This document shows positions 1-14,000 of a stretch of DNA of 64,000 nt, in pieces. The stretch's first letter is position 1. The number at the start of each line of letters is the position of its first letter. A program made the translations under genes and the position numbers. The notes beneath the pieces are model-generated. The model was given only the letters and a program-made list of their open reading frames with translations. It was not told where the DNA came from and did not search any database. Source of the DNA: Mobula hypostoma (taxonomy: Eukaryota); NCBI RefSeq assembly GCF_963921235.1, contig NC_086108.1, positions 111,292,001 to 111,356,000 on the forward strand. The letters are read 5' to 3'.

Positions 1-688
1 GGGGTCAGTGTGGACATGGTGGAGGATTACAAATACCTGGGGATATGAATTGACAATAAACTGGACTGGTCAAAGAACACTGAGGCTGTCTACAAGGACG
101 GTCAGAGCCGTCTCTATTTTCTGAGGAGACTGAGGTCCTTTAACATCTGCCGGACGATGCTGAGGATGTTCTACGAGTCTGTGGTGGCCAGTGCTATCAT
201 GTTTGCTGTTGTGTGCTGGGGCAGCAGGCTGAGGGTAGCAGACACCAACAGAATCCACAAACTCATTCGTAAGGCCAGTGATGTTGTGGGGATGGAACTG
301 GACTCTCTGACGGTGGTGTCTGAAAAGAGGACGCTGTCTAAGTTGCCTGCCATCTTGGACAATGTCTCCCATCCACTACATAATGTACTGGTTGGGCACA
401 GGAGTACATTCAGCCAGAGACTCATTCCACTGAGATGCAGCACAGAGCGCCATAGGAAGTCATTCCTGCCTGTGGCCATCAAACTTTACAACTCCTCCCT
501 TGGAGGGTCAGACACCCTGAGCCAATAGGCTGGTCCTGGAATTATTTCATAATTTACTGGCATAATTTACATATTACTATTTAACTATTTATGGTTCTAT
601 TACTATTTATTATTTATGGAGCAACTGTAACAAAAACCAATTTCCCCCGGGATCAATAAAGTATGACTATGACTATGACTATGACTAT
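1..688 (+). mobile_element. Rex1/Babar-like LINE 3' portion with (TATGAC)n tail, cut by the window edge
   Basis: ORF 157..528 is nearly identical to the C-terminus of 7432..8217; AATAAA followed by tatgac repeats. Confidence 0.85.
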
Positions 689-1906
689 TACACAGAGGAG
701 CGTAGAACAGAAAACACAAAACGTCACAGCAAAGTGAAGGTCCTTCAGCTCACGGTGTTGTGCCAACTTCTTAACCCTTCCTTCCCATAGAACCCTCCAT
801 TGTCCTATCTAAGAGTTTCTTAAATATCCTGAATACATCTGCCTCCACCTTCATGCCCTGGCAGGGTATTTCACATTCCCACCACTCTCTGTGTAAAAAG
901 CATACCTCTGACATCCCCCATGTCCTTTTTCCAGGTGTCTGAACATAACGTGCTCCCATACTAGTTGTATTACTGACTGAAGTTCAGTTAAGTTTAATTA
1001 GTTTGGCAGAACATTAAGGGCTGATGAGTTTACCTACAGGAAAGAAACACAATAAAATTGAAAGAGTGCTGGCAAAACTTACGTGGTTGTTGCTGGGACC
1101 CGAATACCTCACTTGCAGAGAAAGACTGAGTAGGTTTGGACTTTATTCCCTGGAGTGTAGGAAAATGAGGGGAGATTTGATAGAGGTATACAAACTTATG
1201 AGGCTGTTTCTCCTCAAGATGGATGATGCTAGAAAACTAGAGGTCACAGGTTTAGGATTTGTTCATTAGGTGTCATGTCATATGACGTGGGCGATCGTGG
1301 TCTTTCCTTGACTCTGATTGTTCTTGGCAAATTTTCCTACAGAAGTGGTTTGCCATTGCCTTCTTCTGGGTAGTGTCTTTACAAGACGGGTGACCCCAGC
1401 CATTATCAATACTCTTCAGAGATTGTCTGCCCGGTGTCAGTGGTCGCATAACCTGGACTTGTGATCTGCACCGGCTGCTCGTACAACCATCCACCACCTG
1501 CTCCCATGGCTTCACGTGACCCTGACTGGGAGGCTAAGCAGGTGCTACACCCTGCCCAAGGATGAACTGCAGGCCAGCGGAGGGAAGGAGTGCCTTACAC
1601 CCCCTTTGTAGAGACAGATCTCTACCCTGACAACCAAAGGTTTAGGGTGAAAGTTGAAATATTTAAGGGGAACTTGATGGGGAAGTTGACTCAGAGGTCG
1701 GTGCTAGTTGACAGTGGAATGGTGGATGCAGGTTTGATTGCAAGATTTTGGGTAAATACATGAATAGGAAGGACACTGAGGGCAATAGTCCAGACGGGAC
1801 TAGACAGAATAACAGTTTGATATGGACTGACTCTGATTATTCAGCCTCATTTTCTACAAAATTCTGAATGTTTGATGTTTCCCCAAGTACATTAATCAGA
1901 TGGTAC

Positions 1907-2073
1907 CTCTCCTGATGTCTTCATCAAAATTCTCCTCAGTCTATTTTGCTCCATTTCACTTGTCGTTCTGTCTATCTTTGCCTCTTTATCGTCAAGTTTA
2001 ATCAACTTGGATAGTGACCTGGATCCTGTCTGTATCTCCAGCACTATCTTCTCAACGTCTGCTTCTGAAGTAA
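1907..2073 (-). CDS. vtg: vtg exon 22 (TSEADVEKIVLEIQTG...RLRRILMKTSGE), end of lipovitellin heavy chain
   Basis: Within ORF 1892..2098; cag/gtacca; 167 nt; RLRRIL resembles the basic KLKKIL-type motif preceding phosvitin. Confidence 0.9.
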
Positions 2074-5000
2074 CTGCAAACAATGAAATCATGTACACAG
2101 CATGTTAGGGTTCATGATGACAGAAACTAGCGATAGATAGACAAGGGGTGATTGATAAGTTCGTGCCCTAAGGGAGAAGGAGTCAATTTTAGAAAACCGA
2201 GTACATGTATTTTTCCTACATTTACACACTTAGTCCAGCGGTCGTGGAGCATACGGATCCCTTCTTTGTAGAAGTCGGCGTCTTGGACCTCCAGAAATGG
2301 TCCACAGCAGGGGTGATTGGTAAGTTCGTCGCCTGAGATAGGAGGAGATGAGGAGAAACTTCAAACTTTCTGCATTTTCACTCAAAGAGTTGAACTGCAC
2401 GTGCTTGTAGCGAGAACTGTATAAATCAACACACATCAAAGTTGCTGGTGAACGCAGCAGGCCAGGCAGCATCTCTAGGAAGAGGTACAGTTGACGTTTC
2501 AGGCCGAGACCCTTCGTCACAACTGTATAAATCATCCCCTTCTACCTTAGGCCACGAACTTATCCATCACCCCTGCTGTGGACCACTTCTACAAAGAAGG
2601 GATCCATATACTTCACGACCGCTGGACTATGTGTGTATATGTAGGAGGGGACAATGTTGAAAAATAAATGTGCTAGGTTTTCTAAAATTGATTCCTTCTA
2701 CCTTTGGCCACGAACTTATCAATCACCCCTCATATTTATCTGATAGTATCAGTATGTTTTCTAGTAATTGGATTGCAGCTTATTCTGTATTTCCTAAAGT
2801 TTCTCAGCTTTTCTGCAGCAGTTGTCACAAAGGTTGAATCTGACTTTTATAGATCATAGGATCATAAGACACAGGAGCAGAATTAGGCTATTTGGTCCAT
2901 TGAGTCTGCTCCACCAGTTCACCATGGCTTATCCAATTTTCCTCTCAGCCCCAACCTCCTGCCTTCTCCCCATATCCCTTCACGCCCTGGCCAATCAAGA
3001 CTCTATCAATCTCTGCCTTAAATATATGTATAGACTTGGCCTCCACAGGTGCCTGGGGCAATATTCCTCAGATTCAACACTGTCTGGCTAAATAAATTCC
3101 TCCTCATCTCCGTTCTGAAAGGTTGCCCCTCTATTCTGAGGCTGTGTCCTCTGGTCTTAGACTCCCCCACCACAGGAAACAATATAGGTTAATTGCTATC
3201 ACTGGAACGTTGTTATCTTTACACCCAGTCCTTTTTCTTTGTTCTTGTAAAACTTAATTAAATGGCCAAATTTTATACCTCATCCTTGACTTGCACAGAG
3301 CTTCCAGGTCCCTACCAGCAGATCCGACACTTTGGAGATAGAAGGTTAAAACAAGTGTTCCCTTACGCGGTGATGTGGTGATATTCAGCTGGTGATGTCC
3401 AATTAGCTGGTACAGTGGTAAATGTCCGACAGAGAGAGCACTCCACCTCTTGGCATCCACACAAACCAGAACACCGATCATCGGCGCTTCCGTACACGCA
3501 CGATAGAGAGCATGATTGGATATAAACGACCAACCATCTTCGGCAGAGCATGGGATCTGATCGGACAGTGTTTCTGGTGTGACCTGTGCCCGTACAGACA
3601 GAGGGAAAAATTAGTTGTGAGGCCTAGTATGGGATCTCCAATGTCCTTGAATGGAAAATCCTACAAAAAGTAGTGGATATGGCCCAGAATAACACAAGTA
3701 AAACCTTCCCCACCATTGAGCACATCTACACAAAGCGTTGTCACGGGAAAGCGGCATCCATCATCAGGGACACCCACCAGTCATGACACACTCTCTTCCT
3801 GCTGCTGCATCCGGAAGAAGGTACAGGACCCACACCATCAGGTTCAGCAACAGTTATTACCCTTCAACCACCAGCTCTTAAACAAAAGAGAATAACTTTA
3901 TTCGGCCCATCACTGAACTGTTCCCACAAACTCTAGGCTCACTTTCAAGGACACTTCACCTCATGTTCTTGATATTTATTGCTTATTTATTATTCTTCTT
4001 TTTGTATTTGCAATTTGTTGTCTTTTGCACATTGATTGTTTGTCCATCCTGTTAGGTGCGGTCTTTCATTGATTCTATTGTGTTTCTTGTATTTACTGTG
4101 AATGCCCACAAGAAAATGACTCTCAGGGTTGTATATGGTGAGATATATGTACTTTGATAATAAACTGACTTTCAATCTTTTTTTTGAACTTTTAAAGAAT
4201 GTACAACTTTGCTTCGCCGCAGCGTGTCAGGAGCAGTTAAATCACTAAGGTTTGGCGCCAGCAACGACGGTGAATTATCGATTATTGACCACTGTAGTGG
4301 AGGGCACCCTCTGTGAAGGATACTTACCACAATGCTGTCGTCTTGGACTTCTGTTGACACGGACGCAGATTTGAATTTCTGGCTTGACATGCTACTTGTT
4401 GATGTCATGGGCAATATCGGAATTATTTTTTCTCCAGGGAGATTCTCAATATTTCTCGAAATAGCAACGAATTGTGACCTGTGCATTGAAGTTTTTGTCA
4501 GCAAGTAATAAACTATTCACTTTCTTGTTTAATTCTAATTGCATTCTTTTCTTGTATAATTTCTCTAACTTCCGTTCATTTATTCTCCCCCTTCTCGCTT
4601 TCCATTCCCCATGTTGGTTCTCTTCCTACCCTTTCTCTTCTCTTCAACTGTTTTTCACCTCCCCTGGTGTCCCTCCTCCTTCCCTTTCTCCCATGGTCCA
4701 CTCCCCTCTCCTATCCGATCCCTCCTCCAGCTATCACCCTCAAGCTTCTTACTTCATCTCCTCTCCCCCCTCACCTGGTCTCACCTATCACCTGTCAGCT
4801 TACTCTGCTCCCCTCTCCAATCCGGCTTCTTTCCCTTCCTTCCTAGTCCTGATGCGGGGTCTCGGCCTGAAGCCCTTAACTGTTTATTCCTCTCCGTGGA
4901 CACTGCCTGACCCGCAGAATTCCTTTGGCATTTTGTGTGTCTTGCTCAAGCGTTCCCGCAAAAATTGCTTGTGGTCGGCAATAAAGAGGGAAAGGAGAGT

Positions 5001-8000
5001 CTCACAAAGGCACTATTACTCACTCCACGGTAAAAACCCTGGTCGTCTTCTGAGCTGGTGAGCTGTCAATTCTCACATTTCCTTCTTTCATGTTGATCTT
5101 TGCAGTTATATCCACAGGTAACGTTGAGCAGGCTTGGACCTTTAGTTCCACACCTGACTGGATTTCAGGCATGTTAATCCCAATATATCCTCTAGAATAA
5201 AGATGCACGCTGTGGAGCAAAAGCATCTTGGTGAGTGCATTGGAATGGGTGCTGTAGTATTCAGAGAAACTGGGCTGTCAGATATAAAACGACTTGGAAC
5301 GGAATACCTGGCAGCCCAGCGAGCTTTCACCTGAATGCGGGACATCATCAGCTGAGGAAGTTTAGTAATCGCAGGATCAGAACGAGCCTCAACTGATTTT
5401 GAGGAAAGAAAGAGAGAGAGAAAAAGCCAGTTACGATGATGTCAGGTTTTGCTAATTTTAACCTATTCTCATTAACCTATTAAACTATTATTATTAGTCA
5501 TCCGTTAGCCTCGTGAGACCATGGATTTGTGCCTTGGAAGGTTTCCAGGGCGCAGGCCTGGGCAAGGTTGTATGGAAGACCAGCAGTTGCCCATGCTGCA
5601 AGTCTCCCCTCTCCACGACACCAATGTTGTCCAAGGGAAGTGCATTAGGACCCATACAGCTTGGCACCAGCATCGTCGCAGAGCAATGTGTGATTAAGTG
5701 CCTTGCTCAAGGACACACATGCTGCCTCAGCCAAGGCTCGAACTAGCAACCTTCAAATCACTAGACGAACGCCTTAACCACTTGGCCACGTGCCAACACC
5801 TCATTAACCTATTAAACTATATAGGACAATAAAACATAGGAGCAGAATTTGGCCACTCAGCATCATCAAGTCTGCTCCACCATTCCATGGTGGCTGATTT
5901 ATTATCTCTTTTAACCCCATTCTCCAGTCTTCTCCCCACAACCTTTGATGCCCATACAAAAACCTATCAATCTCTGCTCTAAATATACCCAATTACTTGA
6001 CCTCCACAGCTGCCAGTGCAATGCATTCCACTGATTCACCACTCACTAGCTAAGGAAATTCCTCCTCATTTCTGTTCGAAATGGACATGTTTCTATTCTG
6101 AGGCTTTGCTCTCCGGTCTGAGACTCTCCCACTATAAGAAACATCCTCTCCACGTCCAGTGTATCTAGGCATGTGAATATTCAATAGGTTTCAGTGAGAC
6201 CCCTCCCACCCATATTCTTCTAAGCCCTCAGTGAGTACAGGCCAAGAGACATTAAAATTGTTCTAACTGGGTTCTTTCTTGTGAAATCTGAATTCTTGTC
6301 AAAGGGGTCAATTAGTTAGTGCCACAGCCTCACAACTGCTGAGACCCGGTTTCGATTCTGAGCTCTGCCATTGTTTGTGTGGAGTTTATACATTCTCCCA
6401 ATGACCACTCATCTCCCCCTGGAGTTTCTTCCTACATCCCAAAGACGTGAGGGTCAGTGGGTGAATTGGCTGCAATAAATTGTCCCCAGTGTGTAGGTGA
6501 GCGGTGGGATCTGGGAATGATGGGAATTAGTCATAGTCATAGTCATAGTCATACTTTATGGATCCCAGGGGAAATTGGTTTTCATTACAGTTGCACCATA
6601 AATAATAAATAGTAATAAAACCATAAATAGTTAAATAGTAATCTGTAAATTATGCCAGGAGATAATTGATGGGAGTGCTGGAAGAATGGAAAAATGGGAC
6701 TATTGGTGTTACTCCAAGACCTGCTATCAATGGGATGTCACGTTGCAGCTGTACAAGACGTTGACGAAAAATGGTAGAAATGAAAACGCTCAAAAGACAT
6801 TTGCAAGACAAATTTTTATCCTGGTACATGTGACAAGAATAAAACAATCCCTATATCAAATGCATTCGGAAAGGTACATGGATAGGAAATATTCAGAGGG
6901 ATTTGGGCCAAAAGTGGGGAACAGGACAAGCTGAAGTTGGGGCAAAGGGCCTTTTCCTGTGCTGTATCAATCCTATGGGCTGAGTGGCCTCTTTCTATAG
7001 TTAAAATAACATGTGACGATATAATTAGCATGGCACTTCACAGCTAGCACTGCACTTTACAGTGCCAGTGATCAGGGTGCAATTTCTGCCACGGTCTGTA
7101 AGGAGTTTGTATGCTCTCTGCGTGACAGCGTTGATTTCCTCTGGGTGCTCCGGTCTCAAGGATGTACTGGTCAGGGTTAGTGTGTTGCGGGCACGCTACG
7201 TTGGTGCCAGACGCATTGCAGCACTTACGGTCTGGCGCCAGCTCCTCCTCAGACTGTGCTGGTCGTTGACACAAACAACGCGTTTCACTGCATGTGTTGA
7301 TGTTTTGATGTACAGGTGACAAATAAAGCCAATTGTTAAATTTTCTCTCCCACCCACCCTGGGCATTCCCTCTTCTCCCTTCTACCATCCGGCGGAAGAT
7401 ACAATAGACTGGGGCTCCACAGGGGACTGTCTTGTCTCCCTTTCTCTTCACCATTTACACCTCGGACTTCAGCTACTGCACAGAGTCTTGTCATCTTCAG
7501 AAGTTTTCTGATGGCTCTGCCATAGTTGGATGCATCAGCGAGGGAGATGAGGCTGAGTACAGGGCTACGGTAGGAAACTTTGTCACATGGTGTGAGCAGA
7601 ATTATCTGCAGCTTAATGTGAAAAAGACGAAGGAGCTGGTGGTAGACCTGAGGAGAGCTAAGGTACCGGTGACCCCTGTTTCCGTCCAGGGGGTCAGTGT
7701 GGACATGGTGGAGGATTACAAATACCTGGGGATACGAATTGACAATAAACTGGACTGGTCAAAGAACACTGAAGCTGTCTACAAGAAGGGTCAGAGCCGT
7801 CTCTATTTCCTGAGGAGACTGAGGTCCTTTAACATCTGCCGGACGATGCTGAGGATGTTCTACAAGTCTGTGGTGGCCAATGCTATCATGTTTGCTGTTG
7901 TGTGCTGGGGCAGCAGGCTGAGGGTAGCAGACACCAACAGAATCAACAAACTCATTCGTAAGGCCAGTGATGTTGTGGAGATGGAACTGGACTCTCTGAC

Positions 8001-11000
8001 GGTGGTGTCTGAAAAGAGGATGCTGTCCAAGTTGCATGCCATCTTGGACAATGTCTCCCATCCACTACATAATGTATTGGTTGGGCACAGGAGTACATTC
8101 AGCCAGAGACTCATTCCACCGAGATGCAACACAGAGCGTCATAGGAAGTCATTCCTGCCTGTGGCCATCAAACTTTACAACTCCTCCCTTGGAGGGTCAG
8201 ACACCCTGAGCCAATAGGCTGGCCCCGGACTTATTTCCTGGCATAATTTACATATTACTATTTAATTATTTATGGTGCAACTGTAACGAAAACCAATTTC
8301 CCCCGGGATCAATAAAGTATGACTATGACTATGAATGCACATACCACCAGGCTCATGGGCAGATTCAAACCTCACTTTTATCAGACTATCGATACACGTG
8401 TGACAAATAAAGCTAATCTTTATTTTTACTGATCTTGGATCGGGCAGGGAACAGACTGCATCGACATTGGGAAAGCCTCTTACGGGTTCCTTTGGCCACA
8501 CTCAGGCTGAGTGTGACCAGGCTCGTCTCCAACGGGAAGCCGACCGTGCTGGGAACAACGTAGCGAAGCTCGGACATCATGACCGCCTTGGCCATCTGGA
8601 AGCTGACCCCATTGCTCAGTTGCCGTAAGTAGCTCTTCCACTGGCTGCCGAGCGGAGCTGTCAAATACTGTCAAATTAAAGTGACAAGTCAAGGTCAGTG
8701 CTTCACAACCCCTGGGACTGACTCAGCAACAAGCCTGCCCCCGGTACCTTTCCAAACGCTTCAATGCTGTCCTTGCTGAGATGAAAGTACAGCAGCTCCT
8801 GTCCGAGTACTTTGGTGTAGGCTGATGCTAACAGCTCCTCCTCGGGCACGTCCTTCCAGTTTACAATCTGTGGGGAAGACCGCACTTGGTGAGAATGCAC
8901 CGTGCTCCTCAGACTGCAGCGTTAGTAAGTTAACTCCTGGGGTGGCTCTCACCTTGCTCAGGATGCGTTTAATAGATCTGTTCTCCGTGACCTTGACGTT
9001 TGATGCTCGGGACTTCATGATGAAATCCTGGAGACCTTCAGCCCGTAAACCGACCTTTAGAGATTGAAAGTTACTGTGATATTTTCTGGTTTTAATATAA
9101 TAAGCTCTGTCTTATCACATAGCCAAACAATCTCTTTAATTACCTCTAAAATATCTGATGTGCTTTGTAGTCTGTAACCCCTGATTTTAGCAATCAAGGC
9201 TGTTGGAATGATGGTGCTAGAAGACTTGATTAATAAAGCTCTGCCCGATAGTCCTGCCATCAGTTGAACTGTGTTGTAAGAAAAAAGTGATGAAATGTCA
9301 GCAAAGAAGTTTCATAGCTGAATGTGTTCCACTAGCAATAACTGAAACACAGACACAGGATTCATGAGCCATGAAGGTGTAATGAGCTCTTTGGGCCTGT
9401 TTTGGGCGCCAGAGAGCATCTGAATTGGTTAATTGTTGGTTAATGAGAATCTTAGTCACTTACAGTTCCTTGAGTGTCTTTCTTGAACGACTCGCTCCTT
9501 GTGGTCACAAGCACAAAATCATCTGCAGATGCTGGGGTCAAAGCAACACTCACAGCACGCTGGAGGAACTCAGCAGGTCGGGCAGCATCCGTGGAAACGA
9601 TGAGTCGACGTTTCGGGCCGGAACCCTTCGTCAGGACTGAAGAAAGAAGGTGGGGGAGGGTGGGAAGGAGAAGGCTGGTAGGTTCAGTTGAAAAACCAGT
9701 AACTTGAAAGACAAAGGGGTAGGGGAGGGGAAGCAGGGACGTCATAGGCAGGAAAACAATGGGTAGTAGGAGAAGGAGGTGGAACCGTGAGGGAGGTGAT
9801 AGGCACCGATGTGAAACCCGACGCAGATTGGGGGACCGCTTCGTCGAGCACCTCCGCTCCGCCCGCCACAACAGACAGGATCTCCCAGTAGCCACCCACT
9901 TCAACTCTGCTTCCCACTCCCATTCAGATATGTCCATACATGTCCTCCTCTACTGCCATGATGAGGCTAAACTCAGGTTGGAGGAGCAACACCTCATATA
10001 CCGTCTAGGTAGTCTCCAGCCCCTTGGTATGAACATAGAATTCTCCAACTTCCGGTAACTTCCTCCCCCTCCTTTCCCCTATCCCTATGTCACTCTGCCC
10101 CCTCCCCCAGCTGCCTATCACCTCCCTCATGATTCCACCTCCTTCTCCTACTACCCATTGTTTTTCTGCCTATGACGTCCCTGCTTCCCCTCCCCCACCC
10201 CTTTGCCTTTCAAATTACTGGTTTTTGAACTGAACCTACCAGCCTTCTCTTTCCAACCCTCCCCCACCTTCTTTCTTCAGTCCTGACGAAGGGTTCCGGC
10301 CTGAAACGTCAACTCATTGCTCCTTGTAGTGCAGTCTCCTGGTGCTTTCTGCTTAAGCTTGTTAAATTTATTTTGATTGGCTCAGGGATTCCATGTAACT
10401 TGTGTTATTTAAGCAGACACCTGATTAACACTAATTGCGGGGTCCTAGTTTTGAGAATGTTATGTCTTGTGGTGTCGCTCAGCCAAGCCACCGATGTTCT
10501 TTTGGAATGTCTTATGAATAAACTCTGGTTGCCATCTTTACATTGGAATATATCTTTCCTTTGCACTTTGGTTCCGATTTTGCCAGTGCACACTGTGGCA
10601 GAGGGTGTACACTTTGTATAAAACCTACCTCCACCTGTATGGACCAATCCTGAATGAACCCCTTCTACAAGTTTGCAGATGACACCACCATAGTAGGCTA
10701 TATTTCAAATACTGATATATCCAAGCACAGCAAGGAGATAGAGAGCTTAGTGACATGGTTTCATAATAATGGCCTTTTCCTCAATCTCAGCAAACCAAAA
10801 GAGCTAGTCATGGGCTTCAGGAAGGGGAGTGGGTGATTCACACGCTCCTGTCTACACCAATGGCTTTGAGTTTGAGAGGGCTGAGAACTTCAAGTTCTTA
10901 AGACTGAATACCACCAATAGGCTGTCCTGGGCCAGCCACGTAGACATCACGGCCAAGGAAGCTCACCTTCCTCAGGAGACTAAAGAAAGTTGGCACGTTC

Positions 11001-14000
11001 CCTGTCAACCCCCACCAAACTGCAGGGAGTTGTGGACACAGCTCAGCACGTCATGGACTCTGAATCCTCCCTAGACCCATGGACTCTTTATACTTCTCAC
11101 TGTCTTGGTATAGCAGCCAGAATAAAGTCCCCTCTCTCCTCAAACATTCTCTCTTCTCCCCTCTCCCACTAGGCAGAAGAAACAAAAACCAGAAAGCACA
11201 TACAACCAGGCTCAAGGATAGCTTCTACTTACCGTTATAAGAATATTGAGCAGTTCCTTAGTATAATAAGATGCACTCTTAAATTCTGAATCCTATATAA
11301 TCTTGCAGCTTATTGTTTACCTGCACACCACCTTCTCTGTAACCATAAAGCTTTATTCTGCATTCTGTTATTTTTTCCTCAATGCACAGTTAGAATGAAA
11401 CTATCTGTACGGATGTCATGTAAAACAAGGTTTTTCACTGAACGTCTGTACAAGTGACAATAATGAACCAATTTAACACTCTCCTGTTCTGAGGAGGAAA
11501 TGAAGGCAAAGCTCTGAGATGCAATATCTCACGGAGCCACACTTTTACTGCTCGGTCTTTTGATTTCTTCAGAGTAACGCACACAAAGTGCTGGAGGACT
11601 TCAGCAGGTCATGTAACATCTATGGAGTGGAATAAACAGTTGACATTTTGGGCCAAGACCTTCACTTGGACTAAGAAGGGAGGGGAAAGAAGCCAGAATA
11701 AGAAGGTGGGGAGGAGGGAAGGAGTACAAGCTGGCAGGTGACAGGTGAAACCAGGTGAGAGGGAAGGTGGGTGAGTAGGAGAAGAGGGATGAAGTGAGGA
11801 ACTGGAAGGTGATAGGTGAGACCAGGTGCGGGACAAGGTGGGTGGGTGGAGGAAGAGGGACGAAGTGAGAAAATGGGAAGTGATAGGTGGAAAGAGACCC
11901 GGGGCTGGCCAATGTCTTTAGTTGGAGTTGTGAGCACTCTACAGAGAGGGTCAATGTACTTACAAAGGAATTTGTCCTCATGGAAAACCTTGCTGAATCG
12001 TAAACCAAGCTGCTCAAGTTTGGGGCTCAGCAGGTTCAAGGCCAGTTTGCAGGCAGATGACCTATAGAGGGAATGGAATTGGCATTTATCAGACACTAGG
12101 CTTAGAAGATATGACACACAGGAACGGGTCCTTTGGCTCACAAAGTCTGAGCCAAACATGACGTCAAATTAAACCTCTTCTGAGATTGGCTTTATTTATC
12201 CAATGAGCATTAAAACACACAGTGAGATGTGTAGTTTGTGTGAATGACAAACAGTCCCAGGATACGGTGGGGGCAGCCTGCGAGTGTCATCACACTCCCG
12301 GCACTAACAGGCAGCAGCGGGAATTGAACCCAGGCCACTGGCACTGTAAAGCATTACGGTAATCACTACATTACCGTGCTTTCACATCTGAAGGACTAGA
12401 CCCTCACATGATACAGCAGCGATAACCACTGACACGGCACTTCTAGTCAATACAATTCTTTTTTATATCAAAATAAACTTTATTCATAATAAAAAAAATA
12501 CTTATAAGAATAAAGCGTGCAATGCCCTTTCATTCTCGCATTCGTAGTCAATCTTTCAATAATGTCCTGTTACATTCCTACACACCAATCGCACTGTGGC
12601 TCCCTGAGGAGGTTCATCACTACCATAATTGAGGGGCTGCCTCACCCAACCCAACCTCTCCCTCTCCAGTAACAGAAGAGCCCCACACTGTGGTTCTTCC
12701 CCCACCAAGCCCTTGCAAAGGCCGCACTGAGTTTCCCTGTGTCCCTCAGCACCTGCTCCCACAGCCCGGAATATGACAGTGGGCAGCATTCCTCCACAGA
12801 CACCTGAACAAAACATGGCACAAGTGCCATCACTCTTCAGTCTTTATTGGCCAGAGTCTTTATCTCAGGGTAGAAATGTCAAATGCTAGACGAGCTATGT
12901 TTAAGCTGAGAGGGGGAAGCTTAAAGGGGAGGTGCCGGGCAAATTTCTTACTCAGAGAGTGGCATGTGTCCGGAACATGCTGTGGGTTGGAGCGGGGGAG
13001 GTGGGCAGATGGGAGAGACAGATACAGAAGTGGTGATTAAGGGGATTTTGAGAGGCACACAAATACACGAGAAATGGAGAAATGTGGATCGTGGGCTCAC
13101 AGAGAAAGTGACCCGGGTTCAATTCCCGCCACTCCCTGTAAGGAGTTTGTACGTTCTTCCCCTGGCCACGGGGGTTTCCTCTGGGCGCTCCAAAGATGGA
13201 AAGGTTAGGGGAGCAAGTTGTGGGTGAGGTGTCCTGTGTCGGCGCCAGAAGAACAGCAACACTTGCGGGCACGTAGCTGGACTTGACTGGTCGTGACTCC
13301 AATGTCAATTTCACCGTATGTTTCGAAAAATCAACACTGATGCCACTGTACCCACTTAGTTGTGGCAAATGGGGATGAAGCAAATTGCGGCACAGCAGTG
13401 TAGCTGTTAGCCTGGCACAATTACAATCCAGTGACCTGAGCTCAATTCCCACCACTGTCTGTGAAGAGTTTGTGCAATCTCAGCGTGACAGCAAGGGTTT
13501 CCTCTGAATGCTCTAGCTTTCTCCCACACTCCAAAGACAAGTGGATGAGCAAGTGGATTGCTTACATGGATCTAACTGGGCCAGAAGGGCTTGTTACTGT
13601 GCTGTATTGGTTGATGCTAGAAGCTGTGTGTACTTACAGCTGGTACAAGTCGGGTACCGTGGATCTGGACAGTGCTCTGATATGGGAGTAAGTGAAACTG
13701 GCCACTTGTAAGCTGGTTTCGGTGAGCATTGAGTTGGCCACAATGGTCACCAAAGTCAGGGGAGGCTTGGTTTGGAAGAGAACCGCACAAGCCATCATTC
13801 GTTCTTCTGGATGGTTCTTTCGATTGAGGAAGAGCTGCATGGAAATGCGTTGGACCTAGCAAGAAGCAAAGTGAAAAACCTCAGTTTAGACATGACTCTA
13901 GAATGAAAATAGACATGGCTGAAGAAATCAGACAGCCACACAACATGGAAAGAGGCCCCTTGTCCCACTCCATCCATGGCAACCCTTCAAGGGTGTTCCC

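Noticed and set aside
70..482. Recurrent antisense ORFs (MGDIVQD..., ..GMSLWLNVLL..) found several times
   Set aside because: Antisense shadows of the repeated Rex1-like RT C-terminus.
690..1900. Phosvitin (poly-serine) exon 23
   Set aside because: No serine-rich tract on the minus strand here; this stretch is CR1 and RTE-like repeat, so the exon is presumably left of the window.
8689..8996. TCAAGGTCA sites in intron 16 and exon 15
   Set aside because: One is coding and the other is in an 80-nt intron near the branch region; no supporting motif cluster.
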